From the IMG/VR virus record IMGVR_UViG_2574180275_000003: DNA of 28,980 bases; one strand, written 5' to 3'. Positions 1-7,050 of this stretch are shown piece after piece (position 1 is the stretch's first letter; every line of letters starts with the position of its first letter). Below the pieces are notes generated by a model, which was given only the letters and a program-made list of their open reading frames with translations, had not been told where the DNA came from and did not search any database. The position numbers were made by a program, and so were the translations under genes. The DNA comes from a virus (taxonomy: Duplodnaviria > Heunggongvirae > Uroviricota > Caudoviricetes).

Positions 1-123
1 ACCAGCCCCCGACTGGCAGACACCGCTGAACGGGATTATTTCACCCTCAGAGAGCGGCTGATGACGATGCAGATGCAACTGGAAGGGGCACAGGAGTATA
101 TCCGCACTCAGTGCATTAAGTAG
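1..123 (+). CDS. hypothetical protein, C-terminal end only (5' part lies outside the window)
   Basis: Frame 1 is open from position 1 to TAG at 121-123 (41 codons, ...DYFTLRERLMTMQMQLEGAQEYIRTQCIK*); the other two plus frames hit stops early. No family recognised. Confidence 0.3.
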   Translation, partial: TSPRLADTAERDYFTLRERLMTMQMQLEGAQEYIRTQCIK

Positions 124-165
124 CCTTTTTATCGTGGTAAACATTTCGCAGGGTATGAGGTATTT

Positions 166-516
166 ATGCCATCACGAATCCCACGCGCCTGCCGTAAGCG
201 TGGATGTGCAGGTACAACCACAGACAGTTCTGGTTACTGCGATAAACATCGTGGCGAAGGATGGGTACAGCATCAACGCGGACTGAGCCGCCACCAGCGT
301 GGCTATGGCTCGAAATGGGATGCCATACGTGCGCGCATACTGAAGCGTGATAATCATCTGTGTCAGAACTGCCTGCGCAATGGGAGAGCCGTTGAAGCCA
401 GAACTGTGGACCACATCATTCCGAAAGCTCATGGTGGCACGGATGCAGACAGTAACCTGCAGAGTCTGTGCTGGCCCTGTCATAAAGCAAAAACAGCGCG
501 CGAACGCATCAATTGA
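166..516 (+). CDS. HNH endonuclease, phage packaging-associated
   Basis: 116 aa with Cys pairs and the motif DHIIPKAHGG...LCWPCH; GAGGT RBS 6 nt upstream of ATG; sits directly upstream of terS/terL as in HK97-like cos phages. Confidence 0.85.
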   Translation: MPSRIPRACRKRGCAGTTTDSSGYCDKHRGEGWVQHQRGLSRHQRGYGSKWDAIRARILKRDNHLCQNCLRNGRAVEARTVDHIIPKAHGGTDADSNLQSLCWPCHKAKTARERIN

Positions 517-664
517 TAACAGTTCCCATCTGTAGGGGAGGGGCGGGTCAAATCTCTGCAACCCTGGCTGCTCAGTACCGCCGCCTGACCCTTCCTCACA
601 TCGCCGCAGGTTCGAAAACTTTTTTTTGGAAATGTGAACAAACGATTGATAGGTAAGACCGATT
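517..664. promoter_or_regulatory. candidate cos / terminase recognition region of the prophage (HNH-terS spacer)
   Basis: Non-coding 148 bp between HNH and terS with a G-rich block (ggggaggggcgggtca), accgccgcctgaccc and a T8 run; same architecture as the HNH-terS spacer of the inserted element (14750-15037). Assignment by position only. Confidence 0.3.
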
Positions 665-1147
665 ATGTCAGGACCTCCGAAAACCCCGCCACGCCTGCAT
701 TTGATTCGAGGCAACCCCTCAAAGCGCCCCGTTAAAGACCACAAAAAAACCGCTAAAAAGGATGAAAAAGGTCTTCCTAAAATTCCGCAGCATTTAGGGG
801 CTCAGGGGAAGTACTGGTTCAGGCGAATGGCGGAAGAGCTGAATGCGGAAGGGATCATTTCTCAGCTTGATGCGCGTGCGCTCGAGTTGCTGGTGGAAGC
901 CTACACCGAATATCGGCATCACTGCGAAACACTCGATGTTGAGGGGTATACCTACCGCACGGAAACGCAGAGCGGTGATGTACTGATTAAGGCGCACCCC
1001 GCGGCGGCAATGAAAGCGGATGCCTGGAAGCGGATCCGGGCAATGCTTGCAGAGTTTGGTATGTCACCGGCAAGCCGGGCTAAAGTAAATATCGCCGGAC
1101 CGGATGATGTTGATCCGCTGGCGGAGCTTTTAAAAGCGAGAGACTGA
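665..1147 (+). CDS. terminase small subunit (P27-like family)
   Basis: 160 aa starting MSGPPKTPPRLHLIRGNPSKRP; stop overlaps the terL start (TGATG); paralogous to the second terS at 15038-15394. Confidence 0.8.
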   Translation: MSGPPKTPPRLHLIRGNPSKRPVKDHKKTAKKDEKGLPKIPQHLGAQGKYWFRRMAEELNAEGIISQLDARALELLVEAYTEYRHHCETLDVEGYTYRTETQSGDVLIKAHPAAAMKADAWKRIRAMLAEFGMSPASRAKVNIAGPDDVDPLAELLKARD

Positions 1148-2340
1148 TGGCAAAAGTGGCTGACGGGATCCGCTACGCCGAACGTGTTGTTGCAGGAGAA
1201 ATTGTTGCTGGCGAATTTGTCCGCCTGGCCTGCCAGCGTTTTCTTGATGATCTGAAGTACGGCGAAGAGCGGGGGATTTATTTCAGTGAACCCCGTGCGC
1301 AGCACATCCTGAATTTCTACAAATTTGTGCCTCATGTAAAAGGGGCGCTGGCAGGCCAGCCCATTGAGTTGATGGACTGGCATGTATTTATCCTCATTAA
1401 TATTTTTGGTTTTGTCATTCCGCTGGTCAATGAAGAGACCGGGGAAGTTGTCATGCGCAGCGATGGCAGCGGACGTCCGGTGATGGTGCGCCGGTTCCGG
1501 ACGGCGTACAACGAAGTCGCCCGTAAAAACGCAAAATCAACTCTGTCATCGGGTATCGGCCTGTATATGACGGGGGCAGATGGTGAAGGCGGAGCTGAGG
1601 TGTATTCAGCCGCAACCACGCGTGACCAGGCCAGAATCGTGTTTGAAGACGCCAAAAATATGGTCAGAAAAGCCCGGTCGACACTCGGGCGGTTGTTTGA
1701 TTTCAACAAGCTGGCGATTTACCAGGAGCAGAGCGCATCAAAATTTGAACCGCTTTCTTCGGATGCAAACAACCTGGATGGTCTGAACATCCACTGCGCC
1801 ATTATTGATGAGCTGCATGCACATAAAACTCGTGACGTGTGGGACGTTCTGGAAACGGCAACCGGTGCCCGTCTGCAGTCCCTTTTATTTGGTATCACCA
1901 CGGCAGGGTTTAACAAGGAAGGGATTTGTTACGAGCAGCGTGATTACGCCATCAAGGTATTGCGTGGCTATAACAGCGACGTGGAGGGCGCGGTAAAAGA
2001 CGACTCCTACTTTGCGATTATTTACACCCTCGATGAGGGAGATGATCCGTTTGATGAAACGGTCTGGCAGAAAGCGAATCCCGGCCTGGGCATCTGTAAA
2101 CGCTGGGATGATCTGCGTCGCCTGGCGAAAAAAGCGAAAGAACAGGTCTCTGCGCGGGTGAATTTTTTTACCAAGAAAGTAACATCACGCCGTAACAACA
2201 GTGCGACCTGTCCTGATTTTTTTAGTAACCAAATGAAAGAAAAAGATTTTTTCTTGTTCGTCGTTTTTGTTTTTTCTGGATGGTTCTGGCTGTTTTCATC
2301 ATTTGTGTATTGCACTGTGTATTGCAAAAACGGGTTATAA
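1147..2340 (+). CDS. terminase large subunit, N-terminal portion; ORF interrupted near 2172-2175 by the integrated element, last ~55 codons are read-through into element DNA
   Basis: Residues 1-342 align with the N-terminal half of the intact TerL at 15378-17039 (PHVKGALAGQPIEL / PHVKGAMRGSPIEL, ARKNAKST / PRKNAKST, RDQARIVFEDAK / RDQARIVFDDAR). After ...ARVNFFTK the translation becomes low-complexity (FLFVVFVFSGWFWLF) and the matching C-terminal half is found at 17561-18292. Confidence 0.8.
   Translation: MAKVADGIRYAERVVAGEIVAGEFVRLACQRFLDDLKYGEERGIYFSEPRAQHILNFYKFVPHVKGALAGQPIELMDWHVFILINIFGFVIPLVNEETGEVVMRSDGSGRPVMVRRFRTAYNEVARKNAKSTLSSGIGLYMTGADGEGGAEVYSAATTRDQARIVFEDAKNMVRKARSTLGRLFDFNKLAIYQEQSASKFEPLSSDANNLDGLNIHCAIIDELHAHKTRDVWDVLETATGARLQSLLFGITTAGFNKEGICYEQRDYAIKVLRGYNSDVEGAVKDDSYFAIIYTLDEGDDPFDETVWQKANPGLGICKRWDDLRRLAKKAKEQVSARVNFFTKKVTSRRNNSATCPDFFSNQMKEKDFFLFVVFVFSGWFWLFSSFVYCTVYCKNGL
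2168..2174. repeat. attL core (TTACCAA), left junction of the element
   Basis: Same 7-mer recurs at 17556-17562; in both copies ACC falls in the same terL codon phase (2170-2172 and 17558-17560). Confidence 0.6.
2305..2325 (+). promoter_or_regulatory. integrase arm-type binding repeats (left end)
   Basis: Tandem GTGTATTGCACTGTGTATTGC about 130 bp inside the left core and 20 bp upstream of int; near-identical copy at 17460-17480. Confidence 0.5.
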
Positions 2341-2345
2341 ATCAC

Positions 2346-3554
2346 ATGGCGCTAAACAAACTGAGCGATAAAAAACTTCGTTCCCTGCTTGGGCGCAGGA
2401 GTGAGAGGCAGGAAACCATCGCTGATGGTAACGGGCTTTCGGTACGGGTCAGTAAATACGGATGTGTTAGTTTTGTTTTCTTTTACAGACTGGCGGGAAG
2501 GGGAACCGCGCCCATCTGGCTGACACTTGGAAAATATCCTGATCTGAGTCTCAAATCAGCGAGAGAGATGCGCGATCAGTGTCGAACCTGGCTTGCGGAG
2601 GGCAGAGATCCACGGATTCAGATAAAAATTGAACGGGAAGCCACCTTGCAACCTGTTACCGTTCGTGAGGCACTTGAATACTGGCTTGATAATTATGCAA
2701 TGGATAAGCGTAGGGGAGCAGAACATATCAGGCAGTGCTTTGGTAAACATATTTATCCGGTGATTGGTCATGTACCACTTAGTGATTGCTCTATATCTAT
2801 GTGGATCAAGTGTTTTGACAAAATAAAAAAAGTAGCACCTGTACAGGCCGGAGCTTTGTTGCGTATATCAAAACAGGCGCTTAAATTTTGTAGGGTAAGA
2901 AAATACGCGATTAGTCATGAAATTGATGATCTTGAGGTCTGTGATGTGGGAAAAAAGTCTGCGCGAAGAAGCAGGGTTTTAACAGATGATGAAATCAGAG
3001 ATTTATGGCGAAGTATTAATACTGATTATGACAATCACGAATTATCATATGAAAACCGAATTATTTTACGTTTCCTGGTAGTTTTTGGTTGTCGACTGTC
3101 AGAAGTATTACTGTCGTCCTGGGTAGAGTGGGATTTTGATAAGAAATTATGGCGCGTTCCCGCTGATCATAGCAAAAATGGCAGGGAAATAATCAGACCG
3201 ATTCCTGATGGCATGTTTAACTGGTTAGTTACGTTAAAAAAAATAACAGGTAACAAAGAAAATGTGATTGGGTTTGATATGCGTCAGTGTACGGCAAGCG
3301 TAACTATCGGTAAGACATGGAAAAGGATGAAACACTCGGAAAAATGGACGGCGCATGATATGCGAAGAGTGTTTGCCACAAAGCTAAGTGATCATGGTTT
3401 TGAACATAATGTGGTTGAACAGTTGCTTGGGCACACATTAGGCGGTGTTGCCGGGGTTTATAACAGAAGTCAGTATATGGACAGAAAAAAAGAAGCTATG
3501 AACTGGTGGTACGACTATCTGAATAAGCTAATTAGTGGTGACGGTAATGATTGA
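2346..3554 (+). CDS. int: tyrosine site-specific integrase, P4-like with N-terminal arm-binding domain
   Basis: Start taken at internal ATG 2346 (MALNKLSDKKLRSLLG...), the usual integrase N-terminus; C-terminus has HDMRR...LLGHTLGGVAGVYNRSQY (catalytic His/Arg/Tyr). The track ORF starts at 2280 inside the att region. Confidence 0.9.
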   Translation: MALNKLSDKKLRSLLGRRSERQETIADGNGLSVRVSKYGCVSFVFFYRLAGRGTAPIWLTLGKYPDLSLKSAREMRDQCRTWLAEGRDPRIQIKIEREATLQPVTVREALEYWLDNYAMDKRRGAEHIRQCFGKHIYPVIGHVPLSDCSISMWIKCFDKIKKVAPVQAGALLRISKQALKFCRVRKYAISHEIDDLEVCDVGKKSARRSRVLTDDEIRDLWRSINTDYDNHELSYENRIILRFLVVFGCRLSEVLLSSWVEWDFDKKLWRVPADHSKNGREIIRPIPDGMFNWLVTLKKITGNKENVIGFDMRQCTASVTIGKTWKRMKHSEKWTAHDMRRVFATKLSDHGFEHNVVEQLLGHTLGGVAGVYNRSQYMDRKKEAMNWWYDYLNKLISGDGND

Positions 3555-3768
3555 AATAGTTACGCGTGAAGAACTTGAAAATGATAAAACAATCGACAGG
3601 ATGATTAAGGAAGATGAATGTGCATGGTTAACAGCTCTTGGCAGGAGACACAGAGCATTACTTGAAAAGGAAGGAAAATTTCCACGGAAAATATGTATTG
3701 GCCCACAAACAAAAGTCTGGCGCTTATCTGAGGTGCTGGAATGGGTAAAGGGTGAATGGAAACCCTGA
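3547..3768 (+). CDS. alpA: AlpA-family transcriptional regulator / excisionase-like protein
   Basis: About 73 aa with ...LLEKEGKFPRKICIGPQTKVWRLSEVLEWV, the AlpA/Xis HTH pattern; start overlaps the int stop; followed by a terminator. Confidence 0.65.
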   Translation: MIEIVTREELENDKTIDRMIKEDECAWLTALGRRHRALLEKEGKFPRKICIGPQTKVWRLSEVLEWVKGEWKP

Positions 3769-3791
3769 ACTAAATTAAATGAGATATAATC

Positions 3792-3817
3792 AACCCGTCT
3801 TTTGGCGGGTTTTTTTA
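3792..3817 (+). terminator. Rho-independent terminator-like hairpin after alpA
   Basis: AACCCG-(8 nt loop)-CGGGTT followed by a T7 run. Confidence 0.5.
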
Positions 3818-3831
3818 TAGGTGATATTTTT

Positions 3832-4110
3832 ATGCAAAAATTTATTTATCCTACACCCGAAGAACGCATTCAGATTCTGAAAGATCATGGCGAACCGTAT
3901 GATCGCCGTATACGCGAACATGAGTGTGCCAATCGTACCGGGCTTTCAAGAAGCAGACGTTGGGTACTTGAACAGGAGGGAGCATTTCCTGCTCGTGCTC
4001 ATTTAGGGAAAGTGTCTGTTTCCTGGTTGCTCTCTGATGTGCTCTGGTGGGTTATGCATCCGCCAGGAGTAAAGGAAGTAAACAGCCCATACAAAAACGC
4101 CAATAAGTAA
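3832..4110 (+). CDS. second AlpA-like HTH regulator
   Basis: 92 aa from ATG 3832 (GGTGA RBS 7 nt upstream); contains TGLSRSRRWVLEQEGAFPARAHLGKVSVSWLLSDVLWWV, resembling the AlpA HTH region. Confidence 0.5.
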   Translation: MQKFIYPTPEERIQILKDHGEPYDRRIREHECANRTGLSRSRRWVLEQEGAFPARAHLGKVSVSWLLSDVLWWVMHPPGVKEVNSPYKNANK

Positions 4111-4118
4111 TTACCGAC

Positions 4119-4148
4119 AACCCCGCACCACGCAATGCGGGGTTTTTT
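4119..4148 (+). terminator. Rho-independent terminator-like hairpin
   Basis: AACCCCGCA-(7 nt)-TGCGGGGTT followed by TTTTTTG. Confidence 0.55.
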
Positions 4149-4167
4149 GTATGTGAGGTAGAAAGTG

Positions 4168-4746
4168 ATGAATAAAAATATTGCCGTGACGGGCAAGGGT
4201 GACGCACGTCATGTGAAAAAATTCTGTGATATTCGTGATCTGGTCGTTCTGCGCTTTGATGGCGTGGATGTTCGTGTGGTGTATCTAAACGGCGATCCGT
4301 GGTTTGTTGCAAAGGATGTTTGTGCTGCGCTGGAACTGACCAATTCGCGTACGGCGTTGCAGATGCTTGATGATGACGAAAAGGGAGTAAATTTAACTTA
4401 CACCCCCGGAGGAAATCAGAATATGAGCATTATCTCCGAGTCAGGTTTCTACAAACTAATAGCCCGCAGCCGCAAAGCAACGACGCCTGGCACATTTGCT
4501 CATCGTTTCAGTAACTGGGTATTCAGAAATGTGATACCGGGTATCAGAAAAACGGGGGCTTATGGTATCCCGTGGGGCGCATTACAGGATTTTTCCCGCC
4601 GCAAAGAGCAATACCAGATAAGTGCCAGTGAGAAGGGGAGGGAGCTACAGGCATGTAAGCGCAAAAAGCGTGAGCTGGAGGAAGAAGAAAAAAGGCTGAT
4701 ACGTGAATACCAGCCTGAGTTTTACTTTGGTGAGCGTATTCAGTAA
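4168..4746 (+). CDS. Bro-N domain protein (antirepressor-like)
   Basis: 192 aa; N-terminal RFDGVDVRVVYLNGDPWFVAKDVCAALEL...ISESGFYKLIARSRK matches the Bro-N pattern; GAGGTAG RBS 6 nt upstream of ATG 4168. Confidence 0.7.
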   Translation: MNKNIAVTGKGDARHVKKFCDIRDLVVLRFDGVDVRVVYLNGDPWFVAKDVCAALELTNSRTALQMLDDDEKGVNLTYTPGGNQNMSIISESGFYKLIARSRKATTPGTFAHRFSNWVFRNVIPGIRKTGAYGIPWGALQDFSRRKEQYQISASEKGRELQACKRKKRELEEEEKRLIREYQPEFYFGERIQ

Positions 4747-5032
4747 CCACACGCGGTGTTGATTATACGGTACATCGTGTTGACCGGGAAGCTACCCACC
4801 AGCAAGGCAAAATCTTCTGCTAAAAAATGACATATGGCCAGTCGTCCGGAAAGCATGAAATTTTACAAAAATGGAAAATGAAGATTTTTATTGTGCTGGT
4901 GGGTAAAAACAAAAAGCGCCCCGTTGCCGGAGCGCCCTTGCGAACAATTAACCTACTGCGCAAAAAATGAATCTGTGCGGGGGAATTATATCAACCGCGT
5001 GGAGAAGCGCCACAATTGCCGAATAACAGGCA

Positions 5033-5061
5033 AAACAAAGGCCACCCGCTACGGTGGCCCT
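5033..5061 (-). terminator. terminator-like hairpin for leftward transcription
   Basis: Perfect inverted repeat GGCCACC-cgctac-GGTGGCC at 5042-5061; on the minus strand it is followed by TTTGTTTTG. Confidence 0.4.
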
Positions 5062-5098
5062 TCAACACAAGCTACACGTTATCCCCAACGCATGAGCA

Positions 5099-5311
5099 TT
5101 ACCGACAATGCCACATTTGCGGCTGGTGGGCAATGTGATCAGTCAGATTTGGTTCGTTCCAAGGTTTGCAACGAGAGCTTTTCCTGTGCTCTTTAAGGAA
5201 TTGCTCAAGGGCAAAAGCACATGGCGCGAATCTTTCTGATTCATGCTCTATCTTTCTGCGCCGTCTTTTCCGTGTCGGTGATAATGTTTTGGTCAATTCT
5301 TTATCGGTCAT
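5099..5311 (-). CDS. hypothetical small basic protein (start at MTDKE...)
   Basis: 70 codons with AGGA 7 nt upstream of the ATG at 5311-5309; lies between the Arc-like gene and the minus-strand hairpin. No family recognised. Confidence 0.3.
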   Translation of the reverse strand: MTDKELTKTLSPTRKRRRRKIEHESERFAPCAFALEQFLKEHRKSSRCKPWNEPNLTDHIAHQPQMWHCR

Positions 5312-5368
5312 TGTGTTGTCCTGCATAGCAATGCGCCGTAATACCTTACACCACGGCGCTGGTGATGG

Positions 5369-5674
5369 TTATTCCTGCTCTTTGGCCTTGCGACGCTGGA
5401 GTTCTTCACGTGCGACGGTGACGAGCTGCCCGATCTCCTCGACAGCTTTGACTCCGATTTTTTCCACCTGCGCCAGCGCATCGAGCGAAGAAACCAGGGG
5501 ATTTTCTCCGCTTCCTTCTGCCTGGCGGCGGGCGATCTCACCGCGTACAGCCGTAACTATAAAATTCGCTTTAGTTTCCCCTGGCTGTAGGGATGCCTCA
5601 ATGCCACTCACTACTTCATGTGGAAATCTGGCATTCAGTTGCTGTGATTTATTGTTAACAGAACTCGTGGACAT
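5369..5674 (-). CDS. Arc/MetJ-type ribbon-helix-helix DNA-binding protein (candidate repressor of the element)
   Basis: Start at internal ATG 5674-5672 with GGAGGTG RBS; N-terminus ...QQLNARFPHEVVSGIEASL resembles the Arc beta-strand motif (FNLRWPREV); divergent from the rightward replication operon. Confidence 0.55.
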   Translation of the reverse strand: MSTSSVNNKSQQLNARFPHEVVSGIEASLQPGETKANFIVTAVRGEIARRQAEGSGENPLVSSLDALAQVEKIGVKAVEEIGQLVTVAREELQRRKAKEQE

Positions 5675-5717
5675 GTTTGCACCTCCGATTAATAACGGGA
5701 TGCAGTGTAATACAAAA

Positions 5718-5772
5718 GTGAATACCAAAAAAGACTTGAAATGGTATTCACCAAAATGTAATCTGAATACCA
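5718..5772. promoter_or_regulatory. operator-like inverted repeats in the divergent promoter region
   Basis: GTGAATACCA (5718-5727) and its reverse complement TGGTATTCAC (5742-5751), plus a third half-site TGAATACCA (5764-5772), 45-100 bp upstream of the Arc-like start. Confidence 0.45.
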
Positions 5773-5873
5773 CAAGGGCTGATACATGCAATTCAGCAAT
5801 TGAAACGACGAAGCCCCGCACTGTTGGAGCAGTAACGGGGCTTCTAACCAAACCGTTAACTGGAGTAACGATT

Positions 5874-6074
5874 ATGGCTGTAAGACAGCATACCCCACGA
5901 CTTGCGCACACACAAACGGTCTTTGTGTGGCGTTTTCTGGCACTAAGTGCCGGAGAATCTCAAATCGTCCACGTAACCGCCTGGACGGAACGCGAAGCGC
6001 GTAACCGTTGCCCGTCCGGTTGTGTCGCTGTATTCGCCGCCCGTATTCGTCAGGGGGTGCGCCATGTGCAATAA
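5874..6074 (+). CDS. Icd-like small protein (host cell division inhibitor-like family of P4-type elements)
   Basis: 66 aa from ATG 5874 (GGAG about 8 nt upstream): MAVRQHTPRLAHTQTVFVWRFLAL...TAWTEREARNRCPSGCVAVFAARI, matching my memory of Icd-like proteins. It is the 3' end of the long track ORF 5166-6074, whose 5' part is antisense to the Arc-like gene. Confidence 0.45.
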   Translation: MAVRQHTPRLAHTQTVFVWRFLALSAGESQIVHVTAWTEREARNRCPSGCVAVFAARIRQGVRHVQ

Positions 6075-6303
6075 AAACACGCCGGACGCAGCCGCCGAAG
6101 CCATCAAAACGCTAATGCACGCGCTGATTGATATTTCATGCACGGCAGCAACCGCAGAAAAACACATTACCAGAGAGCCGGAATATACAGGGGCGATAAT
6201 CCCGCATTCACTGGCATACGCACAGCTTACCGCTGATATGGCACTGAATGAGGCCAGGGCTATCCTGATTGCTGATTGTGAAAATGGGGGGGGTTATGCG
6301 TGA
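6064..6303 (+). CDS. hypothetical protein
   Basis: 79 aa from ATG 6064 (AGGGGGTG upstream); overlaps neighbours on both sides, suggesting operon coupling. Confidence 0.4.
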   Translation: MCNKNTPDAAAEAIKTLMHALIDISCTAATAEKHITREPEYTGAIIPHSLAYAQLTADMALNEARAILIADCENGGGYA

Positions 6304-6529
6304 TGATCGTTTTAATGCCCTGAAACAGGAATTTGATGGCGCACCGGAACATACAGGCGATGCGTTGTTATGCGTTGCCGACATGATGAAAGCCGCATTT
6401 TTTCTTATCAGTACCAGTGGCTACAGGTCAGAGGGTGTGGAGATTCTCAATATTGCGTCGGACTATGCGGAATATGTTGCAGAGGCGCGTTACAGAAGAA
6501 AATTCCCGGAGGATGTAAGCCATGGATAA
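6296..6529 (+). CDS. hypothetical protein
   Basis: 77 aa from ATG 6296 preceded by a G7 run; overlaps the previous stop. Confidence 0.4.
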   Translation: MRDDRFNALKQEFDGAPEHTGDALLCVADMMKAAFFLISTSGYRSEGVEILNIASDYAEYVAEARYRRKFPEDVSHG

Positions 6530-6665
6530 AATCCCTTTCGATGTTCTTATTCATTCTGAGAATGCATTAATCAGGGCGCTTGAATTAAAAACGGTACTGG
6601 ATGAATTAACCGAAAATAACACCGAGCGGGGGGGTATTTACTTTCTGCTTTCAGCACTCTGTTAA
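6522..6665 (+). CDS. hypothetical small protein (47 aa)
   Basis: ATG 6522 with GGAGGA 9 nt upstream, overlapping the previous stop; MDKIPFDVLIHSENALIRALELKTVLDELTENNTERGGIYFLLSALC. Below the ORF track size cutoff. Confidence 0.25.
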   Translation: MDKIPFDVLIHSENALIRALELKTVLDELTENNTERGGIYFLLSALC

Positions 6666-6735
6666 CCCCGGTTATTGATGAATTAAACGCGGTTATGGAA
6701 ATGCACGACAAGACCCGCGCAGAGGAATAAAAACC

Positions 6736-7050
6736 ATGAAAAAGAAAAATTCTGGCTTTACTGCCAGCGGCCTCCCTCGGCCTGAAATCCGCCCCGACGA
6801 TATTTTCAAAGATAAATACGGCGGACGAATAACGATAAAAACCGTTGACGATTTTCGCGTGACTTATATCCGCGAAGGTTATGCGCATCCCTGCGTGTCG
6901 TCTCATATGCGTTTTGAGAGTGAATTCACCCTGGTAAGCAAAGCACCACCAGCGAACTTAAGCGACATCGACAGAATCATGCGCGTTACAGGTATGGAAC
7001 GCATTAAGGCAGTACGTGAAATTATTCGTGAACGGGGAAAGGCAAAATGA
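6736..7050 (+). CDS. hypothetical protein (possibly DUF4222-like), coupled to the primase gene
   Basis: 104 aa; GAGGAA RBS 8 nt upstream; stop overlaps the primase start (ATGA). Family call is a tentative recollection. Confidence 0.45.
   Translation: MKKKNSGFTASGLPRPEIRPDDIFKDKYGGRITIKTVDDFRVTYIREGYAHPCVSSHMRFESEFTLVSKAPPANLSDIDRIMRVTGMERIKAVREIIRERGKAK

Noticed and set aside
172-1709. Several minus-strand ORFs (172-744, 952-1383, 1332-1709)
   Set aside because: All antisense to the HNH, terS and terL genes, which are supported by homology and translational coupling.
2280-2345. Track start for the integrase ORF at 2280
   Set aside because: The first 22 codons are hydrophobic read-through of the att/arm-site region; the internal ATG at 2346 gives the typical integrase N-terminus.
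5166-6074. Long plus-strand ORF (302 aa) spanning the Arc-like gene region
   Set aside because: Most of it is antisense to the better-supported minus-strand Arc-like gene and crosses the operator-rich intergenic region; only its last 66 codons (5874-6074, with its own RBS) look like a real gene (Icd-like).
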